Of a stretch of DNA of 64,000 bases, positions 30,445-43,625 are shown in pieces. The DNA is taken from positions 39,866,001-39,930,000 of the forward strand of contig OZ076412.1 in NCBI GenBank assembly GCA_964187785.1. Direction: 5' to 3'. Source of the DNA: Amphiscolops sp. MND2022 (lineage: Eukaryota). Numbering within the stretch: the stretch's first letter is position 1; the number at the start of each line of letters is the position of its first letter. The notes under the pieces were generated by a model that was given only the letters and a program-made list of their open reading frames with translations, did no database searches and was not told the origin of the DNA. A program made the position numbers and the translations under genes.

Positions 30445-33400
30445 GTGCCACCTCAACGTCGACTGACTTTGCCAAAAAATCAACAACCTGTTTTCCAAGG
30501 CGATCCCTTGGGTTGGTTAGATTGGTTTGGTCTTTTTTCCCGCTACCGTCGACAGCGCTGCAATTTCGCAAGCGGAAAAAATCATCCACTCACAAACTCT
30601 TGTCTCTGGAGAGCCAAAAGCATTAATTGCAGGTTATGGTGGTAATCCCGCGATGTACCGGTATGCACTATCTAGATTGAAATCAACATACGGCAACCCT
30701 GATCGTTTTGTGATGTCATTTCTTCAACGTCTCCAAACATTCAGGCAACCATCAACTGATGATTCGAACTCCATCACGAACTATGCAAACTTCATCTCTC
30801 CTCTTGTCGATACCTTCACACAATTGAATTTTCTTCATGACATTCACTGCACCGTCAATCTTACAAGTGCACTTTCGAAACTGCCGGCCGATGTTAGGCT
30901 AAATTGGAATCACCACGTGCTTTCGCAAAACATCAAAGACTCGTCGCTCAGAAACTTTGCTCCTTGGCATCAAAACTTCGCTAGAGCTTGTCGTGACAGC
31001 TTTATTCCTTTCTCTGATACTAATCAAAACGGGCGCTCCTCCTCATCAACGAATGCGCGAGCTCAAGGCCACAACTACAAAACGCCGTTTGTCAAACCGT
31101 CTTCTTCTCAATGTAGTTTATGTCCGGAGAAGAAAGATTTTTTGTCTACTTTGGGAGCTGCGAGCATATAAAAGCATTTTCCTCCAATAGACCGCGAAAA
31201 TTACGCAAAGAAGTATCATTTGTGTTTCAACTGTCTGAAGGGTCATAACTTCAATGATTGCAAGTCAACAAAAGTTTGTCAGCATCCTGGATGTATGAAA
31301 AAACACCACACCTTGCTCCATGTTGACAGACAAGGTAAAAATCAAATTTGATGTTCCATACTGTCCACTTCGCGGCTGCTAAATCCCGGTCTTCGTCCAA
31401 TCGTGTCTGTGAGTGTTCCATCGGGTGGTAAAACTGCAGACGTGTTTGCTCTTCTAGACACAGGCAGTTCAGTGTCTTTGATCAAGAAAAAAATTGCCGA
31501 ACATTTAGTCGGTCATTCACCACAGTCTTCCCCTATTAATCTTGAAGGCGTCAACTCTACAACACCAGTTGCTGCTATATCACTCGACTTGACAATGCTC
31601 CTTACCAAGCCGCAGCTGCAATGCCATTGCGCAATGTATTGGCGGTGCCTACCTTGAACCTCCAAACATTTGATTCAGCGCCCATCAATTCATTGTGCAA
31701 CAGCACCCTCACCTGCAACACGTCTCATTTCCTTACCTAAAACGATTGACTGTTGATCTTCTCATCGGTTCAGATCAATTCGACCTCATTCATAGTCGTC
31801 GTGATTCGAGGGCCACCAAACACACCTTGTGCTATGTCGACAAAATTTGGTTGGACAATTGCCGGTCGTTCGACATTTCCGGCAACAGCTGCATTACGAT
31901 ACCAATGCCGCAATGAACTAGCAAGATCTTGCTAGTTCGATTAACAGCCAATAAAATGCGTCAATATTTCAAATACGCGTTACGTGTTTTGCTCGTTACA
32001 CGGTGTGATTTGGACTGTACACTACGCACTGTACACTGTACACTTGTGAACTTTACACTATGCACTGTTTGACTAAAATACGGTTCGATCTCGTTTTACG
32101 GAGGATACACTTTACACTTGATGATAAACTCCACTTTTGCGGCATATGTATCGTAATGTGCCAAAAACGTTACAAATCTTCAATCTCGACATGAAGCTCT
32201 CTTCCAGCAAGTTCAAGAGCGGATGCACATTGATTGCTCTGGCATCTTGAGTGGCAAAAAGAGTCTGTCTGCTGAAGATCAGCAAGCTCTTTCAATCTTG
32301 AAGAACACTTTCAATTTTGCTGATGGACACTATGAAATTGGCCTCTTTTGGAAGAACCATATCTCTCTGCCTAACAACGCATGGGTAGCTCAAAAACAGC
32401 TATGGTCACTTGAAACCAAGTTCGCACGAAAACCGCACCTATGTGCTCTTTACGAAGCCTCCATTGCGACCGACATCGAGAAGGGATACGTGTCTGTTGT
32501 ACCTGACTCCGAAGCGAATCGGGAAGACGCTTGGTATTTTCCATATCACCCTATTACGAATGTAAATAAACCTGGTAAAACTCGAGGAGTAACCAATGCA
32601 TCATCAGTTTATCAAAGTGCTTCGCTGATTTGTAGTCTTCTGAAAGGACCTGACTTGTTGTGTATCCTTACTGGTTTGATTATGCGCATTCGCGAACAAT
32701 TTGTTGCCTTTTTTGCTGACCTTGAAGCAAGGTTCATGCAAGTTTTGGTCGCCCCTTCAAGTAAACGCTTCTTCCAATTTTTGGCGTAACGAAGTTCTTG
32801 AGTACAATCGCCATACTTTCGGTGCAACAGATTCACCCTGTGCTTCTTGCTACGCTGTTCAACAAACCTGTCTATCATGACGCTCCAAAATTGGTGGGTC
32901 GTCACATCTACATGGACAACCTCTATGTGTGCACTGATACCCTCGAAGAAGCAAAGAATTTGCGCGAAGTCCTCCAAACAGTTTCAGCAACCGGTGGTTT
33001 CAATTTACGAAATGGACGTCCAACAACCTTGAATTCAATCAGTCCATTCCGGAGTCCGACAGGTCGAACTCAGCACCACTCAAAACACACTAAGGTTATC
33101 GACAGAGTATTAGGTGTGAAATGGAATCCGATTGACGATTGCTCTTTCTTGCAATCTACCTATTTTCAAGACACTCCAAAAAAGCTAACACAAAAAACTC
33201 TAGTGGAATACGTTTCTTCATTCTTCGACCCTCTTGGAATGTCTTCACCTATTCAAATTCGCGTTCGCACCTCTCTTCAGCAAATTTGGAAGGGAGACCA
33301 GCATTGGGATAGTCTAATCGCGCTTGAACATTATCCTGAGCTGAAAAATTTTTTCGAAAATGTAGCGAATTTTTCGAGAGTTCATATCAAGCGACATTAT

Positions 33401-35318
33401 TTCGAAGCTTCCAAACAACCAGTTCATTAAAAATTACAATCAGTTTAGCTCTAAGAAAAACTCGAGTAGCACCAATCAAAAGAATGAGGACCCCCAATCT
33501 CGAATTATTGGCACCAAGGATGGGGGTCAAACTGGCTCAATTCATCAAAGAAGAGCAAAACTTTTCTTTTGACGCTATTGTATATTGAATGGACAGCACT
33601 ACAGTTCTATCTTGAAACAACTCATCAGAGAGCTGACACAAAGTTTTCATAGCCAACCGTATATCCATCATTCCCTCAGCTTCAACTGTGTCGCAGTGGC
33701 GTTACGTTCCCACAGCCTTGAATCCGGCCGACGATGGTACTAGAGGATTACCGGTTTTAAATCTTACATCCGAGTCACGATGGTTCGAAGGACGCGAATT
33801 TTGTCTGAAAAATCCAGAGACTTGGCCGGAAAGACCAAACATCGTACCCGAATGTCCAAATACTTGTTTCCCTCTGCACCCGATTGACGCAATCGCATCG
33901 TTTCAAAATTTTAGTCAATGGACTAGTCTCCTCAAAACCGGTGCATTCTGTTTTTTAGTGTTGGCCAAACACTGTCGCATCAACGATAGACTGCGTGTTG
34001 CTCACCTTGTGAAAGCGTTCAGATGGAGCTTATTGGAGACTCAACGAACATCGTTTGCGGAAGAAATCAACGCTCTAAGGAATCAAAACCCTCCTGCGTC
34101 TTACTCACGAATATCGTCACTCTCTCCAATTTTTGATCATCAAGGTGTTCTTCGCTCTCCTGACAGGCTTTCCAAAGCTAAACTTATGCTTGTGGCTCTT
34201 TACCCAATCATTCTTGATCCGAAACGTCCGGCAGTAAAACTCTATATCCTCCATATTTACAAACGCAACTCCCATGCTAGTCTTGAACAGTCTCGTAGCC
34301 TTGTTCAAGAGCAGTTTTGGGTTCTACGTTGTCGGTCTGCACTCAAGACCATCATCCATCATTGTATTCCTTGCAGAAGATTAACCCAGCACGTTGACTA
34401 TCCAAACATGGCTGATCTACCTGATTGTCGCTTACCTTCTGCGAACCACGTTCCATTTCTTACAACAGGACTCGATTGAAATGGTCCGTTTCCCATCAAA
34501 GCCAATGGTCAATTCGAGAGACGATTTTGCTTGCTATTTACTTGCCTTGCAACAAGAGCTGTTCATATCGAAACTTCTGTTGATCATAATAGAGAGACAA
34601 AGCTCATGGCAATACGTCGTTTCGTGTCGTTGGACGGAAATACACAACAAATCTACTATGACAATGCGACAACTTTCATCAAAGCTTGTAAAGAACTGAA
34701 AAATGGCATTGAGACAACCAAACGGAGAATTCCTTTCGCGACGCCTTGTTACAACTCCATTTGGATTGGCGCTTTATCTCTCCATCATCGTCACATTTTG
34801 GTAGTTCTTGAGAGAGTTTGGTAAACTTGGTAAAGAATGCTTTTTATCGTGTAATTGATTCTCGAACTTTGACTCGTGACACCCTCTCGACATTTGTGTG
34901 CGAGGTTTCTGGTATGATGAATGGTCGACCTCTAACTCAAGTATCCAGCGATTTCCGAGACATGGAACCAATCACACCAAACCATTTCCTGCTGGGCCGT
35001 CTATCGCCAAACTTTCCAGTCGGCATTTTCTTGGATAAGTCAGTTACTATCTCTAGCAGTTGGAAGCAAGCACAACAGATCTCTAATCAGTTTAGGAATC
35101 GTTTCCTAAAAGAATACATGCCAACTTTCCTAATGCGTGGCGAACGGTCCACTCCAGCCCAAAATTTGCAGCCTGGCGACGTGGTTTGTGCTACTATTTT
35201 ATACCACGTGGGGTATGGCCAATGGCAAGAGTCGACAAAGTGTTTCCCGTGGCGGATAGAGTCGTGCAATCTTGCAGAGTCAAAACGACCAATGGCTACA
35301 TTCACAGACCAGTCGTAA
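30445..35318 (+). pseudogene. BEL/Pao gag-pol, fragmented
   Basis: Collinear ORF fragments 30445-31171 (gag), 31403-31935 (PR), 32223-33430 (RT), 33688-34479 (RH/IN-Zn), 34531-35318 (IN). Confidence 0.9.
31892..32158. mobile_element. 267-bp MITE with CATTA...TAATG termini inserted in BEL pol
   Basis: 22-bp TIR (20/22 match), 2-bp TSD TG, internal perfect 24-bp palindrome at 31915-31938; removing it restores the pol frame. Confidence 0.88.
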
Positions 35319-35414
35319 AGTTGTCAAAAATCCCTGTCGACATCGTAAACAAAATTTGAAACTTCTCCATAATTACCTGAACAGTGATATCAACTTTCGT
35401 CCAAACCCTTTTTC

Positions 35415-35424
35415 GGGGGCGGAA
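35415..35424 (+). promoter_or_regulatory. Polypurine tract
   Basis: GGGGGCGGAA two nt before the 3' LTR TGTTG. Confidence 0.75.
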
Positions 35425-35426
35425 TA

Positions 35427-35846
35427 TGTTGTCACTGAACATTTTGATTGATCAGTTTCTTTGATTGTGATTCATACGTGAAATCCTGTGAAGAATTTTC
35501 AGTTGTTGATTATTCGTATTGCTTATTGCAAGTTCTCATGAATGAAATTATTCGAAAATTAATCTTTGCGCATTTGCAAGATTTAGAAACGAAATTCAAG
35601 AAAAGAAAAGAGAAAGAGGAAACCAGTTCCTCAGGGAAATATATTTAGAAACTGTCCCCTCTGTGTTACCCCTCCTCTTTTCTGATTACTCTTATATAAT
35701 AAATATACTTTATATAATATCAGGTATTTACTGGCCTCAAGCTTTTTCTAATCTTAGTAAGTGTTTCTGGGCATTTACTGACCAATCATTTTAGGGCCAC
35801 TGCCCCCACGACTGCAACGACGAATTCATCCATTAAGCGAGGTCAG
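35427..35846 (+). repeat. 3' LTR of BEL element 2 (terminal TAACA missing)
   Basis: Aligns with the 5' LTR up to GCGAG(G/T)TCAG. Confidence 0.88.
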
Positions 35847-36532
35847 ATTGTTTCAATTTCAATCCATTGAATCCAAATAGTATTGAGCTTCTTCGCAGTG
35901 TTTTGCCTGTCTGGAATTGTCACAATTGGTGCTCACATTGTTGTTGACAATTTCGGGCCACAATGAGTTGCAATTGCTGACTGCGAGCAAACCTATCGCA
36001 GAACTTCTCGAGCAAAGACCGTCGAGCTAACCTAGGTCACTTGAGCTTACTTGGCTTCCTTGGATCCCTCTTGTGCCTCGTTTGTTCAGGTTTCTTCAAT
36101 AGCAGCTAGTTCGAAAAGTCGTTTGACAATTTTAAAGATGTTGACCAATCTTTCACTTCTAAAATCTAGGGTCGCAAGATTCAGGAGCTTGAGTCTACCA
36201 CTGGAACTACGCATATCAAGTCTAGAATTGGCTTCGTTGCTCCACGCTTTTTCTTCTCGTTAATTCGTTGTTGCTTTTTCAAATAAGGGTTCCAGGGTTG
36301 GTTATCAAACACTACATGCGATCTGACAATGGGTTTGTGAAGGGTTCCAGAAAATCGTCAGTGATGTTCAATAATTCTTTCATTTTTTTGCATCCATGTT
36401 AATTTTCTTCGCTTTGTCCATAGTATGCATATCGAATATTAATCAAGAGTAAACACCTACTCCAAAGTCTTTCTAACGCTTCAGACGAAATAATATTTTT
36501 AGGCGTATTTTATTCCATTTTTTGTGAAACTT

Positions 36533-37596
36533 CATTACAGTGCATCTGCAAGCTAAATCGCTACAGACACATTTCTGTAAGTGAAGGCCCTCCGATTCCG
36601 CAGACATGTCTTAAACCGTGTAAAATTGGCAATTTAGCACTGATTTTGCGGGATCCACGCCACAAAAATTGGCGTTTTTCGGAATCCAAGGGCATGGGTT
36701 AATACGTTAGCCGGTTTCAAATTGCGGAAACTGGGACCAAAAATATGCCGCCTAGATGCCGACAAATGCGTGTCTTGGTTTCCACAAAATGCATATTAAT
36801 CAATCAGATGGCTGTAAATTTGAGCGTCTCAGTTTCCACTTACATTTAAATTAGCCGAAATTAAACTTGATAAGCCAGAGAGTAAATATAAAGTCAATTA
36901 CCACAAATAAGTTACAATCAATGTCTCCCTTTCCGTAAAAAAAGACTCACCTATACTATGGTACTACAGTTATGCCAACTGCATTTGAATTTGAAAAATG
37001 AAATTTGAAAATGAATTTGAAAAAAAGAAAAATTTCTTTCACTATACTATACTATAGTGGAAAATATTTATACTGATTGTATATAATGATATACAATAGT
37101 GAAATACATTTATCCCAACTGGAATAAATTATTTTAAACATGAAAATTTTATTTTAAAAATTAGTGGCAATTGGGAAATTTTGATTCCAATCGTGGGTCG
37201 AATCGTGAAGCTTCATTTAACAGAAGTTTGTTTCCGAATATTATCTTTTCTAGCAGTTTTCATCTGATTTCAAGAGATAAAATGCGGTAACATTATAATT
37301 GTTCCTGAATATAGGTGTACGAATTACTCTACTGAATAACATTTTGAAATCTGAGACACGTTGCACTATTTGCTCTCAACATAATTGGCCCTATTGAAGC
37401 CTGGCATAAGTGGCAATTAATTGGCCCCATTAACTTGCCAAGACACAAAATTGCGGAAAGTAAGATTTCAACCTCAAAGGAACCTAAGGTAGTCGACATC
37501 AAAAGAGAATCAATTCAGTGCACCCGTCTCGGTTTCCGCGATTTCGTGTCCTGATTTCCGCAAAACGCTCAGAAAAAGCTTGCAGATGCTCTAATG
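36533..37596. mobile_element. 1064-bp non-autonomous DNA transposon with CATTA...TAATG termini
   Basis: Imperfect TIR CATTA..GCATCTGCAAGCT / AGCTTGCAGATGC..TAATG, 2-bp TSD TT, repeated GTCT(C/T)(G/A)GTTTCC motifs. Confidence 0.7.
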
Positions 37597-37829
37597 TTCT
37601 CTTTTTCGGATGTCCAGGTATACAAAATTAACTGCATTCCCGTTGTCTATTTTTAGTCGGCGCTTTTCTTCAGAAAAGAGTCAACTATAGTCATGGCTTT
37701 TCGTCGGTGTTTTTTTAAAGACCACCTGAACTGACCAAAATAGTTCTACAAAAGTTCTACAAAATATTATTGGACCAAATTGCACCATTTGGCCTAGCAA
37801 ACTGAACCAAAATGGTTTTTACTGTTTTC

Positions 37830-38020
37830 CCGCGTAACATACCATACCGGGCGAGACCAAAGGGTCCCCTTTTCAGTTTTTCTCGGCATTGTGAGACTTT
37901 TTTTCCAAAAAAAATTTCCATAAAAGGGTCCCCAACTCACCATTACTTTGACATATTGAAATCCTTTTGCTATTTTTCAGCCTTAGATATGGCGCCGATT
38001 TGGGCCGGTCCCGGCTTGTT
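37830..38020 (+). mobile_element. Family-2 Helitron/HINE-like repeat, 3' fragment
   Basis: Ends GGCGCCGATTTGGGCCGGTCCCGGCTTGTT; similar to 54011-54729, 54921-56159, 56800-57000 and 58530 onward. Confidence 0.6.
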
Positions 38021-38275
38021 TCTGTATAGTCGTCTGGTTGAAAGTAGCTGCAAAGTTGTTTAGCGACAGGATGTGAAACCAGAGTTCATTTACATATGCA
38101 TGTATTGGTAAGGAATGACTGCAGTAAGTAGTCGTACATAACAGCATTGAGCATCACATAATTAGCACATCAACTTTAGCCCAACCACATTGCAGTATTT
38201 GGTCACGTGACATCAACGCACATTTGTAAATGAGGCAACCATAGCGCAAAATGTGAAACTCAGTTAGAGATTTGT

Positions 38276-40884
38276 TATTTTCCGCCCATATTTCATATGG
38301 GAAAGGAAAATATTAATATCAAACGATTTTTTTTAACAAAGTTTGCCAAGCACCAAATTTATATTTAACTTTAAGAGTGTTACCCACAGAACTCGACTCA
38401 CATAAATTTAGTTTCGTGCAATTTGTATTTGTGGAGATTTCTGGACTTTTTGAGTTGACTCCAAGAACCCCAGAATGACCCTAAATTGACCCCAAAAAAG
38501 TAAAAACTGCCAACATTTTTTAATTTTTTTACGATTTATTTATTGCATTTTTTGTCATATTTTCGATAGATGTCGTGGATTAGAATGTTGAAAAGGTTCA
38601 ACAAGGCAAGAAGTTGTTGTCCATTGGTTGCTTATGAAGAGATAATTGCGTTTTTTAGAAAGAAAAAGACTAAAAATGTCAAAAAACCAAAAGTTTTTCG
38701 ATTTTTACTGTTTTCATCCAATTTTTGTCAAATTTTCGATAGACTTCGTGGATCAGAACGTTGGCAATGCTCAACATGGCACTAATTCGTTGTCGGCACT
38801 GATTCGACATGGCACTAAGCATTTTCGAAAAGATAATTGCTGTTTTCCATATGAAAAAATCTCAACTTGACACCGAAAATGATAAAAAACCCAAAATTTT
38901 CCAATTTTCGAAGAGTTTATGCATTTTTTTTCCAAATTTTCTACACACTTGTGGAATTTCGCGTTGAAAAGGATCTAAGGAAAGATTGTGTTATCCAGTA
39001 GGTTTTTTCGAAGAGTCAATTGCAGTTTTTCGAGTTAAAATGAATCAAATTAACACCGAAAATGACAAAAAAACCAAAATTTTTCACATTTCAATTTTAT
39101 TGCATTTTTTAATAAAGTTTTGACAACTTCATGGCTTGGAATGTTTTAGGGTGTCAACAAGGAAAGGGTTGGTTGTTCAGTTGCCTTTATGAAGAAATAA
39201 TTGGAATGTTCCGAATGAAAATGTCTCAAATTAACACCAAAAATGACAGAATTATCAAAATTTTCCAAAGATTTTATAGATTTTTTTCCAAATTTTCGAC
39301 AGACGGAATTTGTCAACTGGAACGTTGAAAAGGGTCAACAAGGAAAGACTGTTTTCTTCAGTATACTTAGAAAAGAGAAAAATGCAGTTTTGGAAACGAA
39401 AGAGTTGTCCGGAATTGACCTCAAACAATACAAAAATTCAAAAAATTTCCGGGTTTCACCATTTTGCTTCAATTTTTCCGAATCTATCAATAGAGTTTGT
39501 AAACAAGAATTTCCAAATTCATGACCATTGTGAAACTTTGTTGGTTCCGTAAGCTTTTGCTACGAGCTAAGTTCAATATGTAAAAGAAAAAAGCCTCAAA
39601 TTCACCCTAAATTGTCGAAAATTTTGAAATTTTGTCGTTTTTGACGCTATTTCTGTACATTTTCCAAGAGACTTTGTTCTACGTTCCAATACAATCAACT
39701 CAACAACGAACGAACGAGCTTTGCTTTACATTTTTTAAGAGACCTTAGCAGCGTTTTGCTTCAAAAACACTTCAGAATGACTCCGAAGGAGTCGAAAAAC
39801 TTTAACATCTCCGTTTTTCTGCAACTTGCGTACTTTTTGAATTTTTTGAAGTCAGAATGTCGGCAAACGTTCAACAAAGACTGAACTGATAGTCCAGTAG
39901 GCTTTCAGAGAAATATTTGCAGACTTCCAGGGAATTTTTATTTGAGATTGGAATATGTCGGTGCAATAAAAGCTTCGAAAAGCTCCAGATGGTAAAACTA
40001 GGTCCGAATAACGTTTTTCCTAAAACTTTAGCCTCATTAATGGCAGAAAGGTTCGCCAGTTTTTTTTACAACTTTAGGCAGTTTTTTGTACAAACTTTGG
40101 GCTACTTCCTTGCATGAAATGGTGTAAAAAAACTCAACAATGACTGATCCGGGTGTCTCCAGTAGGCAATTTTGAAGAAATTTATTTGCATTTATTTGTT
40201 GGAACTGGCTTCAAAACACCCAAAAATCCATAAAACAACAAAAAAGCAGTTTGTTTGACAAACTAATTACTATATATGGAGAACACCTTCCTAAGGAAGA
40301 TGTTTCGAGCTACTTCGTGGGTTAAAATGTAGTGTTAACGTTCAACAACAGCTAAACTCGGTGTCCTGGAGGCTTATTTTCAGAGAGACATCTGTAGATT
40401 CAAGTTAGAAAAGTTCCTCTTATTGACCCCAACCTTGTGAAAACTATTTTCGTTTTTTGACACTTCAGGTGAAACTATGTGCAATAATTTAACAAACCGG
40501 GATCGCTCAACTTTCCCAAATTTGCAAAGGACCTAGTTTCAAGCTTTTATCATTTTCTCAGTGCCAAAATTTACTTCAAGACATACGTCGAGACTAGGAA
40601 ACCACTTTTTGCCCAACAGGAATCACAAAAAATCCAATTTTTCGCTTTTTTCCGGAAAAGATCTATGATGGTGAAATGAGTTTCAGCTCGCAAAACTAAT
40701 TTCCTCAAGCCGACATCAGCTATCAGAGCAAGGGGGTACTCTTTGACCCAATTAATCAAAGCTTTCCTTGCTTCGAACTTCTTTGCGTTTTTATAGTGCA
40801 TTGGCTATTCTTGATCCTCAAATTTATTTAGTTGTAGAACAGTTTGGGGCTGAAAATATCTCGCTGCACAGCGGGCGTCTTGTT
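38276..40884 (+). mobile_element. Helentron/HINE-like element, family 1 copy A, with ~175-bp internal tandem repeats
   Basis: 5' subTIR TATTTTCCGCCC with hairpin CCCATAT-TTC-ATATGGG; 3' GGGGCTGAAAATA + stem-loop + GTCTTGTT; diverged repeats of period ~172-200 bp. Confidence 0.72.
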
Positions 40885-41066
40885 ATAAATACGACCAGAC
40901 GTACCAGTTCTCCACTGTAAAATCTTCATTGTAATAACTCAAAACCATTCTGTATTTTACTACCCGATAAACACTCTCCAAAATTTATCATTCAATCTCA
41001 ACATTTTGTCTTATTGTAATCAGTAGGTCTCAAAGTCCAAAGAATAATCAAACTGAATGAACTAAA

Positions 41067-41387
41067 ATGGACGAATTTAGCAATAATGATAGCAACGCCA
41101 GTTTTCCTGACCTATACTCGAGTGGTCAAATTAGCAAGACTAACAACGAAAACATGTCGAACAAAGAAAAAGATCATGAGATAATTCGGATAGAACAACA
41201 ATTCAATGAAATGAATCGTCAGATTAGAGAGCCAACCATCTTAGTCAAAACTCTCACAGAAAAGATTTCCTCTAACGTAACGGTAGAGAAGAGAGTGATC
41301 CAAGCGTCCGTCGTACAAGGACGCCAACTCATGTTGACAGTAGCAGGTTTGACCGAAGTTCGGATGGCTTTTCAGACAACTTCATAA
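41067..41387 (+). pseudogene. Possible LTR-retrotransposon gag N-terminal remnant
   Basis: Short coiled-coil IEQQFNEMNRQI ORF preceded by an LTR-like segment ending CTCAACA; nothing diagnostic downstream. Confidence 0.25.
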
Positions 41388-43036
41388 CGCAACGTACAGC
41401 GAAAATTTTTTTACTGCTCTAGTTAGATTTTTAAAAACTTTTCAATCAATCGAAATCAAGAACTGCCGATGAATTAACAGAAATGAAAGAAACAAAACTC
41501 ACGTAGATTTAAGCTGCACGAGGGTTACTCTCAGCGACAAAATTTCAGTCTATAGCTGAATTAGATGATTTGCTTCAGAACGTTACACCTAAACTTGGAG
41601 ACTTGCTCATGAATACAGTAGCAATGTGTCAAAAAAATTCTCAAAATGTTCAAAACTCCAGTCTTACCAGTATGGCAAATATTCTTGTGGATTAAAAAAA
41701 CCACTGCTAGAAGATAGATCTGAATCTAACCTGTTTCGACATTGTTTCAGTGAAATTTCTTGTTGAAAAAACAAAAACATCAGCTTGAGAATATTTCTCC
41801 GGTAGTCTTGAAACTAACCTAAATTTAATTTCACAAAGTTTTCGGAAAAAGAAATTAGAACTTCTTTCGAAATAAGAAATTGAGAAAAAGAATTTTCATA
41901 ATCGTTCATGCTTTAAGATATGGCATAGTGGTTTTTTGTGCATGTTATGGCAATTATTACTGTTTAGGAAACCTCCTTATCAACAGGTTTTTGGAAACGC
42001 TGAGACTGACAAGAAATCTTCAAAACCTCACTTTTATCTTCACAAAATGATTTCACACAATTCTTGTCTTTATTAACAAAAATTCATTCAGTACACAACT
42101 TTTGTCGGTGTATTAAACAGAAAATTGTTTGATTTTTTCCAACGTCAATTATCTGACAAAAGCTTCTGAATTTTTAGAACCCGACATAGTAAAAGTGTCT
42201 CAGATTGGTTGAACACTTTGTAACTAAAATTGCAAAAGTTGGAGTTTGAGAGTTCTGTTTGTTGAACATCGAATTGCAATTTCGTCGTGCAATGCTTACT
42301 GTTTGTCATAGGGCTACCACAATTGATGTCTTAATGTCTTCGTACATTTCAATCAGAAAAAACTATCTCAAAATAGAAAACAACCGAAAACGGAGAAAAT
42401 TTGAACTGGGAATTATAATAGTGTATGCTAGTTTTGATACTAGCATCGATCTTTCAGAAACTGGTATTTGTCCAACACTAAACGTACCAAGGTGCGATTG
42501 TTTTATATCGAATTCACTTTAACTATCTCAAAATCTTGTTTGTTGACTTCTATTTTTATTTTGTTTATTTTTTTCGAAAAAACAGCAAAAAAATCCTAAT
42601 GGAAGGTTGCAATAAACAAAGAATCGAAAAATTTCAGCTCTGCAGCCATAACGATAAACTAGAAAAGATAAATGTCGGAAATGGTCATGCTAGAGGTAGA
42701 CAGGAAACACTTGTGGTCCGCAAAGGAGGAAAAACAAACCAAGGAAACTGCGATTCGAAAGACTCATGCCAGCCACTGTCCCACTAGACCGACAGAAGAA
42801 AGTAAATTTCTGAGCGACACACTACAATGCAACAGCAGCAGTAGCAAAAACGAGCACCTTAACCGCAATTTGCAAAAGATTTTGACTCAATTATTAAAAG
42901 AGGACGAGCTAAATTGTGGTGAAACCGAGTCTGGTGAAGCACTCTCTGTATTGCAATATTAGGTCAGCAAAAGCACTGGGACATCACTGCGTTGGCTAGT
43001 TTGCAGAGTCAACCGACGTACACAGTGGTTGTATAC

Positions 43037-43203
43037 ACAGTGATATAAACAGTATGTTCAGATGCTTCCAATTTGGAACAGCTTAGATCTTTGAAAATTT
43101 GTCCTAATACACAATCTTTTGAAAATTTGACGTACAGTGATGTATACAGTATGTTCAGGTGCTTCCAATTTGGAACAGCTTAGATCTTTGAAAATTTGTC
43201 GTA
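43037..43203. repeat. 97-bp local tandem duplication
   Basis: ACAGTGAT..A.ACAGTATGTTCAG.TGCTTCCAATTTGGAACAGCTTAGATCTTTGAAAATTTGTC at 43037 and 43134. Confidence 0.8.
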
Positions 43204-43514
43204 TGTCACGCTAGGCTCGAATGTACACATCGAAACTTTTGTTCTAAAAAGAATACGAATACTCTATGCGTGTAGTGGGGGAAAGGTGGTGCATGAACCA
43301 CATCAAATACCCAAACTCGGGACAAAAAACGAAGTCGAACTAAGAGCCGAATTTGTCAACACTCGTCATTTGACGGAAGTGTCGGAATCAGAATTGGTAC
43401 CAGAAGGCAGACAACAGTGCTAAATTTGAGCTGGAACTGAACGCCGTCGAGAACAGCTACTACAAACAAGGTTCATCCCAAGATCAGATCAACCGAGAAC
43501 CTGTTATTCACAAA

Positions 43515-43625
43515 AACATGATGTAATGGTTAGAGTATTCGGCCTGTACTGGGGCGGTAGCAGGTTCGAATCTCTCTCAACTCACCATTGTTGGGCCTTA
43601 AGCAAGTCCTTCATCCCTAGCTTAG
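43515..43625 (+). mobile_element. tRNA-derived SINE fragment with conserved core
   Basis: A-box-like TGATGTAATGG, B-box GGTTCGAATC, then TTGGGCCTTAAGCAAGTCCTTCATCCC, resembling the CCTTGAGCAAGxCACTTAACCC motif of metazoan core SINEs. Confidence 0.6.

Larger units (their letters stand above)
28490..35846 (+). mobile_element. BEL/Pao LTR retrotransposon 2 with two LTRs, decayed
   Basis: LTR pair, PBS, PPT, and gag-PR-RT-RH-IN fragments (FQGDPLGWLDW, CFNCLKGH, LLDTGSS, YMDNL, NPADDGTRG, DNATTF). Confidence 0.95.

Noticed and set aside
35850-36420. Minus-strand ORF1/gag-like remnant after the BEL2 3' LTR
   Set aside because: Too many stops and no diagnostic motif.
41400-43460. Host exons or transposase remnant (e.g. 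ORF 42672-42962)
   Set aside because: No consistent splice phases or recognisable domain could be assembled.
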